Source of the DNA: Phyllobates terribilis
Lineage: Eukaryota
Reading direction: 5' to 3'
Length of the DNA stretch: 64,000 nt
Assembly: GCF_046119375.1 (NCBI RefSeq)
Contig: NW_027362767.1
Span: forward strand, 182,218,001-182,282,000
Shown piece by piece: positions 52,650-64,000 of the stretch. Within the stretch, counting starts at the first letter, position 1. Every line of letters starts with the position of its first letter. Made by a program: the position numbers and the translations under genes. The notes below the pieces were generated by a model. That model saw only the letters and a list, made by a program, of their open reading frames with translations. It ran no database searches and had not been told where the DNA came from.

Positions 52650-54172
52650 CCCCATCCCGTATTTGTACGTATGCTATACCCCCCCCATCCCGTATTTGTA
52701 CGTATGCTATACCCCCTCCATCCCGTATTTGTACGTATGCTATACCCCCCCCATCCCGTATTTGTACGTATGCTATACCCCCTCCATCCCGTATTTGTAC
52801 GTATGCTATACCCCCCATCCCGTATTTGTACGTATGCTATACCCCCCCATCCCGTATTTGTACGTATGCTATACCCCCCCCATCCCGTATTTGTACGTAT
52901 GCTATGCCCCCCCATCCCGTATTTGTACGTATGCTATGCCCCCCCATCCCGTATTTGTACGTATGCTATGCCCCCCCATCCCGTATTTGTACGTATGCTA
53001 TGCCCCCCCATCCCTTATTTGTACGTATGCTATGCCCCCCCCATCCCTTATTTGTACGTATGCTATGCCCCCCCCATCCCTTATTTGTACGTATGCTATG
53101 CCCCCCCCATCCCGTATTTGTACGTATGCTATGCCCCCCCCATCCCGTATTTGTACGTATGCTATGCCCCCCCATCCCGTATTTGTACGTATGCTATGCC
53201 CCCCCCATCCCGTATTTGTACGTATGCTATGCCCCCCCCATCCCGTATTTGTACGTATGCTATGCCCCCCCATCCCGTATTTGTACGTATGCTATGCCCC
53301 CCCATCCCGTATTTGTACGTATGCTATGCCCCCCCCATCCCGTATTTGTACGTATGCTATGCCCCCCCCATCCCGTATTTGTACGTATGCTATGCCCCCC
53401 CATCCCGTATTTGTACGTATGCTATGCCCCCCCCATCCCGTATTTGTACGTATGCTATGCCCCCCCCATCCCGTATTTGTACGTATGCTATGCCCCCCCC
53501 ATCCCGTATTTGTACGTATGCTATGCCCCCCCCATCCCGTATTTGTACGTATGCTATGCCCCCCCCATCCCGTATTTGTACGTATGCTATGCCCCCCCCA
53601 TCCCGTATTTGTACGTATGCTATGCCCCCCCCATCCCGTATTTGTACGTATGCTATGCCCCCCCCATCCCGTATTTGTACGTATGCTATGCCCCCCCCAT
53701 CCCGTATTTGTACGTATGCTATGCCCCCCCATCCCGTATTTGTACGTATGCTATGCCCCCCCCATCCCGTATTTGTACGTATGCTATGCCCCCCCATCCC
53801 GTATTTGTACGTATGCTATGCCCCCCCCATCCCGTATTTGTACGTATGCTATGCCCCCCCCATCCCGTATTTGTACGTATGCTATGCCCCCCCCATCCCG
53901 TATTTGTACGTATTCTATACCCCCCATCCCGTATTTGTACGTATTCTATACCCCCCATCCCGTATTTGTACGTATTCTATACCCCCCATCCCATATTTGT
54001 ACGTATTCTATACCCCCCATCCCATATTTGTACGTATTCTATACCCCCCCATCCCATATTTGTACGTATTCTATACCCCCCCATCCCATATTTGTACGTA
54101 TTCTATACCCCCCCATCCCATATTTGTACGTATTCTATACCCCCCATCCCATATTAGTACGAATTCTATACC
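52650..54172. repeat. 32-33 bp minisatellite, about 46 copies
   Basis: Unit C(6-7)ATCCCGTATTTGTACGTATGCTATG with variant blocks. Confidence 0.97.
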
Positions 54173-57005
54173 CCAATCACAATATTGATAATAAAGGGCA
54201 GAATCCACACTGACATTTGGGGAGCGCCTCTGTAGCCCAGACGTGAGTGCATTGTGCAATCGCAGCGTGTCATCGAGCAAGACTGAGTCATCAGGAGCAC
54301 ATGTACTCGGGTGACAGGCTGACATGACTGTCCAGCCGGGTGACCTGCGGGTGCACCGAGCGCTCTTCTAGGAGTTGCATTATTCACGCCATTTTCTCCA
54401 TGCAATCCGTCCCGACAGACTGTTTTTGTAGCAGAGCAAATGCTATCGCTCTCTGTTATCAGCCATTCCAGGCTGGGGCAGGGCAGACTACGGTGATCTT
54501 TTTGTGGGATGACAAAAGGGAAATTTGGCAGTCATCTTTCTCCAAAGTAGTCACCGACTAGCCGCAGTATGTGCCGCCATGCTTACAGTCACTGCCTCGC
54601 CAACTGCAGTGATCCCTGGGAAGAAGATATGCAAATTAGCTTTAAAAGCTGGCTCTTCAGTGCCATCTTCTGGCGATAGCTGCCTTATAAAATAAAGATA
54701 TTTTAGGCAAACCACAAGGGAAAGGCACCAGCCAAATGGGTGCGACATGGACGACTCTCCCCAGGAAGAAGAAAAGGGTCGGACATGCTGAAACCACATG
54801 CTCAGTCCTTCTTTCCCTGACAGATTCGGAGCCCCGTACACAGACAACAGGTCCCGCCGACGTCAATGTAATAATCATGATGGGAAACTAGGTGGAGTTC
54901 CCCTTTAAGCAGAGCTTGGGATTATAGCAGTAGTGGTGTTTACCATCACTCCCGCCTGGGGCCGGTGGAAATTTCCAGCTCGGTGTATACTGTATACAGC
55001 GCGGCCTCAGAAAAGATACAGTGCGGCTCCGATTTGCCTATTACTACAGGGCGGTATGGAAATCCGGGGGCAGCGCTCTCCGACAGCCCCCAATGCCTAT
55101 TTACCTAACCGGCACCATCAAGCCCAACAATGCAAATGTTTACTGTCCTCCATAACTACAGCGCCCTCCCCAGCACCGCAGCATTAACCCCCTGGTGACT
55201 GATCCCAAAGGGAACCCAGTGCGCATCTCTTGGGGCCACATGCCCACGAGATCGGGCCACGTATTGAGGCAACATGGGGCAGCGGGCGGTCACAAGACAT
55301 CAGGTACAGAGAGAGCGGCCTGGATATCCTACATTACATACGCTATACACACAGCGCGCACACACTACATACAACATTACGGTAAACACACTATATACAC
55401 AGCACATGCATAACATTACACACACACCCCACACATTATACACTACATACACACTATGCACAGAACATTACACACATTATACATTATCTGTAATATATAC
55501 GGTGATGGAAATGGGAAGAGGAGAAGCAGAAACCACATTCCAGCCTGTCCGTGCATTAGAATAATGTGCCCGTGGTAAATTAATAACTATGTGCCTCAAG
55601 GTCATCCCTTCAATTGCCAATATAAAGTAGTGGGGAGGGAGGGTAGTCGTCTCTAACAGCGTAAAACCAGGGCTGCTTTCTTTGAGGAACAGCACCACAT
55701 CTGTTCCCAGGTTGTGTCTGGTACTGCAACTCTTCTCCACTGAACTAAATAAGGTTAAGTTGCAATACCAGACACAACCTGTAGGCAGATGTGGCACTCT
55801 TTCTGCTTCAAAGCAGCCATGTTTATTTTTTCCAGATACTTTACAACGCCTTTAAGCCTTTCCGGACATGTGACATATTGGTATCTCCTTTGTTGGGTGC
55901 TGGTGTATGGAGGGGGCTCAGCAGCTGAGCCAGCACAGGTCACAGCGTCAGCTGCGTTACACAGCCGGCACCTGCCTCTAACAGCAGCGACTGGCGACAG
56001 CTCCAATCACTGCGGACAATCTATGGCGCCCCCTCTTCTTTCCAATGTCCATTAAAGCCCACCTCCACCCCATGATGAGGTTATAGGGTATCCATGGGTG
56101 GCTCTTTTTAATGTGGACTTTGGAAAAGATTCCAAGTGTAAAGAGAAACATGTCGACTTCTGTTTAAAAGGAAATAAAAATATTGAAATTTGATTTCATA
56201 AATTAAAGCAGAGGAAAAAAAAAAGCACCCGAAACAGGAAACAAAAAACCCCAAAACTTGATTTTCAGCCTCAAAAATCCACTTAAACAGTGTGAACATG
56301 ACCTTAAATGTGAATGTGGATTAATAAGGATGTAACAGGCAAGGTGATAAGAGTGAGCGCACATCGAAACGCACGCATGGTTTCACCCAACGGGGCTCCA
56401 GGGCGGTTCTAAGTTGGCGGCCATGTTGACGGCAGTGGATGTATTGTCTTTGGTCACCGGTCACCCAGAGACGGATATATATTTTTCAATTAGGATATGT
56501 GCACACAGTCATACACGTGGCAGATTGTCTGTCCAGACTTATAATCGGCTGCTCATTACAGTCCAAGCGCTGTGGATCAGATCTCCCCTAGCGGACCGAT
56601 GCTGAGGATTTCACATTCGCTGTCTGACAACTTAGTCCACGGCCCCCCTATCAGTATTCGGTCAGTATTTTCTCTCAGGAGTGGGTGATAAATGCAGAAT
56701 TGGTGACTTGTTTCTATTATACCTTTTCTCTGGTTGTTCCTCACCTGGTTTTGGCTCCTGAGAAAAAATACTGATCGAATACTGACCAAATACTGATAGT
56801 GGGGCCGTGGCCTTAAGCTGAAAATTTTCACAGCTAATTTTACCCTGCACACTGAGGGTTTTTTTTTGCAAAGTTTTCGAAGAAACACTCAGAAAACCAC
56901 AATGAGTTTAAAAACTAATCAATTTCGATTGACTAGTTAGAGTATTTGCCTCAAAAACTCAGCAAAAAACCTTCAGTGTAAACACACGTTAAGGCTTCAC
57001 ACTAA

Positions 57006-58748
57006 GGTTAAGTGTACACGTAGCGTTTCTGATGCGTTTTCGCAGCGGTTTTTCTGCGCGGAAACGCATCAAAAACACTTGGTAATCACTCTGCCAGCTA
57101 TCGTAATTGCAATCCATGATGTGGAAATTTCCACTCAGGATTTAAAACGCAACATGACCTTTCTATGCAGCATTTCCGCAGTCCATTGACTTTATAAATA
57201 TTATACCTGCGGATTTGCTGCGGTTCAATTAAAGTCAATGGGCTGCGGAAAAACTGCAAAAACGCTGCATAAGTGGTACCTGGATCAGCTGGGGGGAGTA
57301 GTAGTCTCCTCAGCTGAGCTGGGACTGCGTGCGGTGTAAAGTAAAAAATTAAAAAAAAAAACACTATGCTCACCTGTCCGGCACCCCACGGTGTCCTCGC
57401 AATTTCCCCCAGCGTCCTGATTCCTCGGCGGCCGGCGGTACACTGCCAGGAGCGCGCTCGCTCCCAGCAGTGTACATCGCTGCGCTGCCAGGACCAGGGT
57501 TCACGTGACCTCTCAGCTGAAGATCAGCTGAGAGCTCACGTGGCCTCACTTTATGGCACCGGTGCTGCGTGGGAACATTCTCAAGAATGTTCCCACCAGT
57601 ACTGATGAGGAGGTCACAGGGGCTGATGGCGGACAAGTGAGGGATATGTTTTTTTTGTTTTGTTTTCACAGGAAATCGAGGGATTCGGGGACAGTGTGTG
57701 AAATAAAAAATGTTTTTAAAACGGTGTGTCATTTTATTTCATTAAAATACTTTATTCTGCCCGTGTCTTTTATGGAAAAAGTGGCGAAAACTTTACTACG
57801 CTGATATAGACACCCTCCATTACTAACCTGGGCTTCAGGTCAGCCGCCAATACAAGGCCATTTCTGGGACTGCTGAGGGGTGATATTATTAGCCGCGGAG
57901 GGGGCTAGTATCCATGGCCCCTTCCCTGGTTATTAATGTCAGCCCGCCACTGTCTGTTTAGCCTTTTCTGGTTAGATTTTATAGGGGGGCCCTACGTCAA
58001 CTTTTTTCTGGGGTCCCACTGTACTCTAGCCAGTAAAGGCTACACAAACAGCTGTGAGCTGTTATAAATAGCCAGGGAACATTTTCGGCTAATGGCCCCT
58101 TCCCCGGCTACTAATATTAGCCCCAGCGGTCGGCTGTTCCTCTGCTGGTTATGAAAATTACGTGGGAGCCCACGCCATTTATTTTTAATTTTTTAGGCTC
58201 TGTGCCCACGATCCGGACGTAGCAGCGCTTTGGATGCATATTTTTTCCTGCGTCCAAAATGTTGCATTCTATTGAACGCAGGTAAATCCACATGTGTTCA
58301 CTGAACCATGCGTATTTACCGCATTCAATACTTTATAGTGGTCAAATTTCTGTTGCGGTGACTAGCGACTCCGCTAGAGAATTTGACATGCTGCGGTCCT
58401 GAATGCTAATGAGATTGGGCGCATGGGATTAGCTGACACCTAGCTCTTTTGTTTGGTGATGACAAGGCTAATTAAAGAGTTAAATAAACACACAGAATAA
58501 ACCCTTAATTTGAAATACAACAGGCACAGACACATTCTTAAATTAACCAATATACTCACCCCAGTTCTGACATTAATCCAAGGGTTAAAGCGATGTCCCA
58601 CGTTACTTTTCAAATAACTTTATTTAGCTCCAAAAAGCATGCATTGATGTACAAAAACATGTTTTTTTCCGCAGCGTTTTTCCAGCCAAGGAGATGCAGA
58701 AACGCTGCAGAAATTTCTGCTTCAAATCCTGAGCGTGCGCACATAGCC
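57006..58748. mobile_element. Composite PIF/Harbinger-type non-autonomous element
   Basis: TAA|GGTTAAGTGTACACG (degenerate) and CGTGCGCACATAGCC|TAA ends; an internal GGCTCTGTGCCCACG end at 58196. Confidence 0.5.
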
Positions 58749-60171
58749 TAAGTTTTGGGGTAAGGGGTAGTGTCGCCATTTTTCAGGCCCCCAAACCTTC
58801 TGTTATTTTTCACTGTAGCTATGTCAGGGCTGAGCAGACATTTTTAAATAGTAACATATGATTTCTTAATACATTGTATTTTTGGAAAGTGCGATGACCC
58901 CAAAAAAAACAGCAATTTCTATGTTTTGCCCTTTAAAATGTTTAATGTACGGGGTAATTTTATATTTTCTTAGATTGGATTTTTACAGCTGCAGCGATAT
59001 CAAATGTCCTTTTTTTGTACTGGGTAAAAAAAAGTTTATTTAAACCTTGTTATTTTTTAAATATGTGGTTTTTTTTTAACATGATAATAATAATAAATAT
59101 TATTAAACTGATTGTTTGGACCATAAACCACAATGCTTTAATACTGCGACATATAGGGACCATCTTTGAATACAAATTGTGCAGTGCTCATGTACGTGGC
59201 TGCATAACAACGGTCTTTATTGATGCAAATAAAAAAAACTTAAAAAAAAAAAAAAAAAACACACAAAAAGCAAAAAAAACAAAAACAAACCTTTATAAGA
59301 TACAGCCAGATACATAGAACTGGTATCATGAGTGAGCACGTGAGCAAAACCTGCACCGATGTACTGATAACGGGTCACGTTCATAAGAGGCACTTAGATA
59401 ACAAAAAAAAGAATAATTCTATAGTAAAAACAACAATCGCCTACGAAGCCCGGACATAGGAGCACCAAGATGTCGGTAGCAGGAGCCTTCGGTGGAGCCC
59501 CAGCGGACGTGGTGACCCGTCGGGTGGCAGCTGTATAACACAGGAGGCACCCACAGGGTACGGAGCAGGTTCAGCTCCTGAGCCCGCTCCATACCCCGCG
59601 TACCTGGGACATTTATAAATGCTGGTGCCCCGATCTGTAGAGCGGCACCGAGCCGCTGACCTCAGTAGAACGTATCAGAACCATATCGCTCCCCAGCCAG
59701 AACATTACACCGTTCAGCTTCCCGTCTAGCGGAGACCCCGCAGCTTCTAACAACACAAGGAAACCCACCCTCAGCCAAACATTCTGGAAGGAAGCCCCCA
59801 CAGCGGTGACCTGCCCTGTTCAATCCTCCAGTCTAATGTTCATTATAACTTTCCACTGACAGGTGATGGCCCATAAGTGACTATCAGAAGGTCCGTCTGA
59901 CCACAAGGACCACCACTGCCTGCTCATTGAATGCTATGGGATACACGGCAGATCGTCCCCATTGAGGCTCTCAGAAGTGGAGTCCAAATCTAGCCCATTC
60001 AGTTGCCTTAAAGGGATTGTCCAACCCCTTTAAAATCGTTACAAAGCACAACCAAGGTCTTCCCTAAATAACCAGGTCAACCATTGTGAGGTGAAAATGC
60101 TACACAGAAGACTCCTTAACTAAGAAACCAAACGTTCCTGCAGACAAACCAGAACAGGAAAGAGAGGAGCA

Positions 60172-60520
60172 GTTTCCCATAACAGCCAATCAGATCTCTG
60201 CTTACAGTCATGCAAAAACCAAAGCTGTACTCTTATTGGTTGCAGCACTTAAAGACTAAGAAGTTTCCCATAACAACCAATCAGATCTCTGCTTATAGTC
60301 CTGTTAAAATATAACAGCTGTCATCTGTTGGGTTGTTGTGAGACTAAGAAGAAGAGCCCATAACAACCAATCAAATCTCTGCTCATAAAGCAGCAAAAAA
60401 AATAAAAAATAAGAGCTGTACCTTGATTGGTTCACAGAGCAAAGAGGTGCTCATATAAACCAATCAGATAACAGCTGTCATTACTCCCGCTAGAAGCTGC
60501 GATCTCATTGGTTGCAGTAG
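60172..60520. repeat. Four tandem hairpin units of about 85 bp (small MITE-like), with CCAAT on the left arm and ATTGG on the right
   Basis: CATAAC(A)ACCAATCAGATCTCTGC ... AGCTGT...ATTGGTT repeated four times; the right arm of unit 2 is degenerate. Confidence 0.7.
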
Positions 60521-60529
60521 CGTTGCGGC

Positions 60530-60950
60530 CACCTGTGTGAGTGCTGTCAGTCCCAGGAGCAGCCCGTGCTGTGTGGACCGCGCTGCGCTCAGTGACCGGC
60601 GGCAGCGTCACTCACCTGTCTGGGGGCAGCGCTGTGCCGGGTCCGAGGTCTGGGGACAGAAGGGAGCACAAGTCACCGCTCTCCCCGGGAGCTCACCGCT
60701 TCTGACGTCGCCTTTCACCCCACCCCTGGCTGCAAATCCTATGAGAGGAAGGGCCGGCGACTCCTCTTCCTCCAGAGAGTCCACTCCCCTCCATCCCGGG
60801 CCTCCTCCCGCTCCTCCCGCCGTCACTCACTCCCGAGCAGAGGACGCCGCAGCAAGGCCGCACACTCCCAGCACCACAGATCCCCTGTTCACACGCTGCG
60901 ATAGCTGCACTGGCGTTACTCTGCTCTCTGGCTCATTATTGCACCTTTTC
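60530..60950 (-). promoter_or_regulatory. CpG-rich 5' region and probable non-coding first exon(s) of CERS2
   Basis: GC/CpG-rich island with minus-strand donors CAG|GTGAGT (exon end 60616) and GGA|GTGAGT (exon end 60831). The coding exon at 46483 begins with an acceptor 1 nt before the ATG, so an upstream non-coding exon is required. Confidence 0.55.
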
Positions 60951-61104
60951 AGGTAAAAACAAAGGGTTAGTTTAAAATTTTACACTTAAATGACCTGTGC
61001 GTAAATGCTGGACGGGACCCACAAAAATAATGAAAAAAGGAATTAAAGGAATGAACATAAATTATTAATCCCAAACTGTGGAATAGGAGTTTTAAGTATT
61101 TAAT

Positions 61105-63955
61105 GAACATGGAATATATGGAGATAATAGAGGAATGAACATGGAATATATGGAGATTACAGGGGAATGAACATGGAATATATGGAGATAATATGGGAAT
61201 GAACATGGAATATATGGAGATAATATGGGAATGAACATAGAAAATATGGAGATAATAGAGGAATGAACATGGAATATATGGAGATAATATGGGAATGAAC
61301 ATGGAATATATGGAGATAATATGGGAATGAACATAGAAAATATGGAGATAATAGAGGAATGAACATGGAATATATGGAGATAATAGAGGAATGAACATGG
61401 AATATATGGAGATAATATGGGAATGAACATGGAATATATGGAGATAATATGGGAATGAACATAGAAAATATGGAGATAATAGAGGAATGAACATGGAATA
61501 TATGGAGATAATAGAGAAATGAACATGGAATATATGGAGGTAATAGAGGAATGAACATGGAATATATGGAGATAATATGGGAATGAACATGGAATATATG
61601 GAGATAATATGGGAATGAACATGGAATATATGGAGATAATATGGGAATGAACATAGAAAATATGGAGATAATAGAGGAATGAACATGGAATATATGGAGA
61701 TAATAGAGGAATGAACATGGAATATATGGAGATAATAGAGAAATGAACATGGAATATATGGAGATAATAGAGAAATGAACATGGAATATATGGAGATAAT
61801 AGAGGAATGAACATGGAATATATGGAGATAATAGAGGAATGAACATGGAATATATGGAGATAATATGGGAATGAACATGGAATATATGGAGGTAATAGAG
61901 GAATGAACATGGAATATATGGAGATAATAGAGGAATGAACATGGAATATATGGAGATAATATGGGAATGAACATGGAATATATGGAGGTAATAGAGGAAT
62001 GAACATGGAATATATGGAGATAATATGGGAATGAACATAGAAAATATGGAGGTAATAGAGGAATGAACATGGAATATATGGAGGTAATAGAGGAATGAAC
62101 ATGGAATATATGGAGATAATAGAGGAATGAACATGGAATATATGGAGATAATAGAGGAATGAACATGCAATATATGGAGATAATAGGGGAATGAACATGG
62201 AATATATGGAGATAATAGAGGAATGAACATGGAATAAGTGGAGATAAAGGAATGAACATGGAATATATGGAGATTACAGAAGAATGAACATGGAATATAT
62301 GGAGATAATAGAGGAATGAACATGGAATATATGGAGATTACAGAAGAATGAACATGAAATATATGGAGATAATAAGGGAATGAACATGGAATATAAGGAG
62401 ATAATAAGGGAATCAACATGGAATATATGGAGATAATAGGGGAATGAACATGAAATATGGAAATTACAGGGGAATTAACATTGAATATATGGAGAATAAA
62501 GGAGAATGAACATGGAATATATGGATATTACAGGAGAATGAACATGGAATATATAGAGGTAATAGGGGAATGAACATGGAATATATGGAGATAATAGAGG
62601 AATGAACATGGAATAAGTGGAGATAAAGGAATGAACATGGAATATATGCAGATAATAGAGGAATGAACATGGAATATATGGAGATTACAGAAGAATGAAC
62701 ATGGAATATATGGAGATAATAGAGGAATGAACATGGAATATATGGAGATTACAGAAGAATGAACATGGAATATATGGAGATAATATGGGAATGAACATGG
62801 AATATATGGAGATAATATGGGAATGAACATAGAAAATATGGAGATAATAGAGGAATGAACATGGAATATATGGAGATAATAGAGAAATGAACATGGAATA
62901 TATGGAGGTAATAGAGGAATGAACATGGAATATATGGAGATAATATGGGAATGAACATGGAATATATGGAGATAATATGGGAATGAACATGGAATATATG
63001 GAGATAATATGGGAATGAACATGGAATATATGGAGATAATATGGGAATGAACATAGAAAATATGGAGATAATAGAGGAATGAACATGGAATATATGGAGA
63101 TAATAGAGGAATGAACATGGAATATATGGAGATAATATGGGAATGAACATGGAATATATGGAGATAATATGGGAATGAACATAGAAAATATGGAGATAAT
63201 AGAGGAATGAACATGGAATATATGGAGGTAATAGAGGAATGAACATGGAATATATGGAGATAATAGAGGAATGAACATGGAATATATGGAGATAATAGAG
63301 GAATGAACATGGAATATATGGAGATAATATGGGAATGAACATGGAATATATGGAGATAATATGGGAATGAACATGGAATATATGGAGATAATATGGGAAT
63401 GAACATAGAAAATATGGAGATAATAGAGGAATGAACATGGAATATATGGAGATAATAGAGAAATGAACATGGAATATATGGAGGTAATAGAGGAATGAAC
63501 ATGGAATATATGGAGATAATAGAGAAATGAACATGGAATATATGGAGGTAATAGAGGAATGAACATGGAATATATGGAGGTAATATGGGAATGAACATGG
63601 AATATATGGAGATAATATGGGAATGAACATGGAATATATGGAGATAATATGGGAATGAACATGGAATATATGGAGATAATATGGGAATGAACATAGAAAA
63701 TATGGAGATAATAGAGGAATGAACATGGAATATATGGAGGTAATAGAGGAATGAACATGGAATATATGGAGATAATAGAGAAATGAACATGGAATATATG
63801 GAGATAATAGAGGAATGAACATGGAATATATGGAGGTAATAGAGGAATGAACATGGAATATATGGAGGTAATATGGGAATGAACATGGAATATATGGAGA
63901 TAATATGGGAATGAACATAGAAAATATGGAGGTAATAGAGGAATGAACATGGAAT
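61105..63955. repeat. 32-bp AT-rich minisatellite, about 88 copies, with higher-order structure
   Basis: Unit GAATGAACATGGAATATATGGAGATAATAGAG and variants. Confidence 0.97.
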
Positions 63956-64000
63956 AGGTAAACAGCGGGTTACTAAGTGCGCGCGTGCCCCTAGTAACCC

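Noticed and set aside
52534-54213. Pro/Tyr/Cys-rich ORFs of about 500 aa
   Set aside because: They are minisatellite translations within CERS2 intron 1.
60967-63950. Hydrophobic repeat ORFs of about 400 aa on the minus strand
   Set aside because: They are translations of the 32-bp AT-rich array.

Overview
Vertebrate genomic DNA, most likely a frog (inferred from the amphibian-type Gypsy, CR1, Tc1, Harbinger and TTAA-MITE repeats). Two intron-containing genes lie tail-to-tail, as in the human 1q21 order. SETDB1 (H3K9 methyltransferase) is on +, with promoter and exon 1 at about 10.8-11.2 kb and 21 coding exons at 22930-39389 (about 1342 aa). CERS2 (ceramide synthase 2) is on -, with 10 coding exons at 46482-41755 (377 aa) and a probable non-coding first exon in the CpG-rich 60.5-60.95 kb region. 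Upstream of SETDB1 is a three-layer nest: a Gypsy chromovirus (+) inserted into a second Gypsy chromovirus (-) that shows a Tf1/sushi-type self-priming PBS, itself inserted into a Ginger-like integrase remnant. SETDB1 intron 1 holds a fold-back Tc1 pair and a piggyBac-like element with nested Harbinger MITEs and a Tc1; a later intron holds a 5'-truncated CR1. At least eight minisatellites are present, most with 30-34 bp periods. The most notable observations are an (x-Ile-Gln)n low-complexity insert of about 105 aa in SETDB1, minisatellites arising at the same C-terminal codons of two different Tc1 transposases, three 60-bp-phased PBX/PKNOX-like motifs in the SETDB1 promoter, and a MITE-derived CCAAT cluster at the CERS2 5' end. 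Most long ORFs in the supplied track are artefacts of the tandem repeats. All coordinates were counted by eye; no database searches were run.
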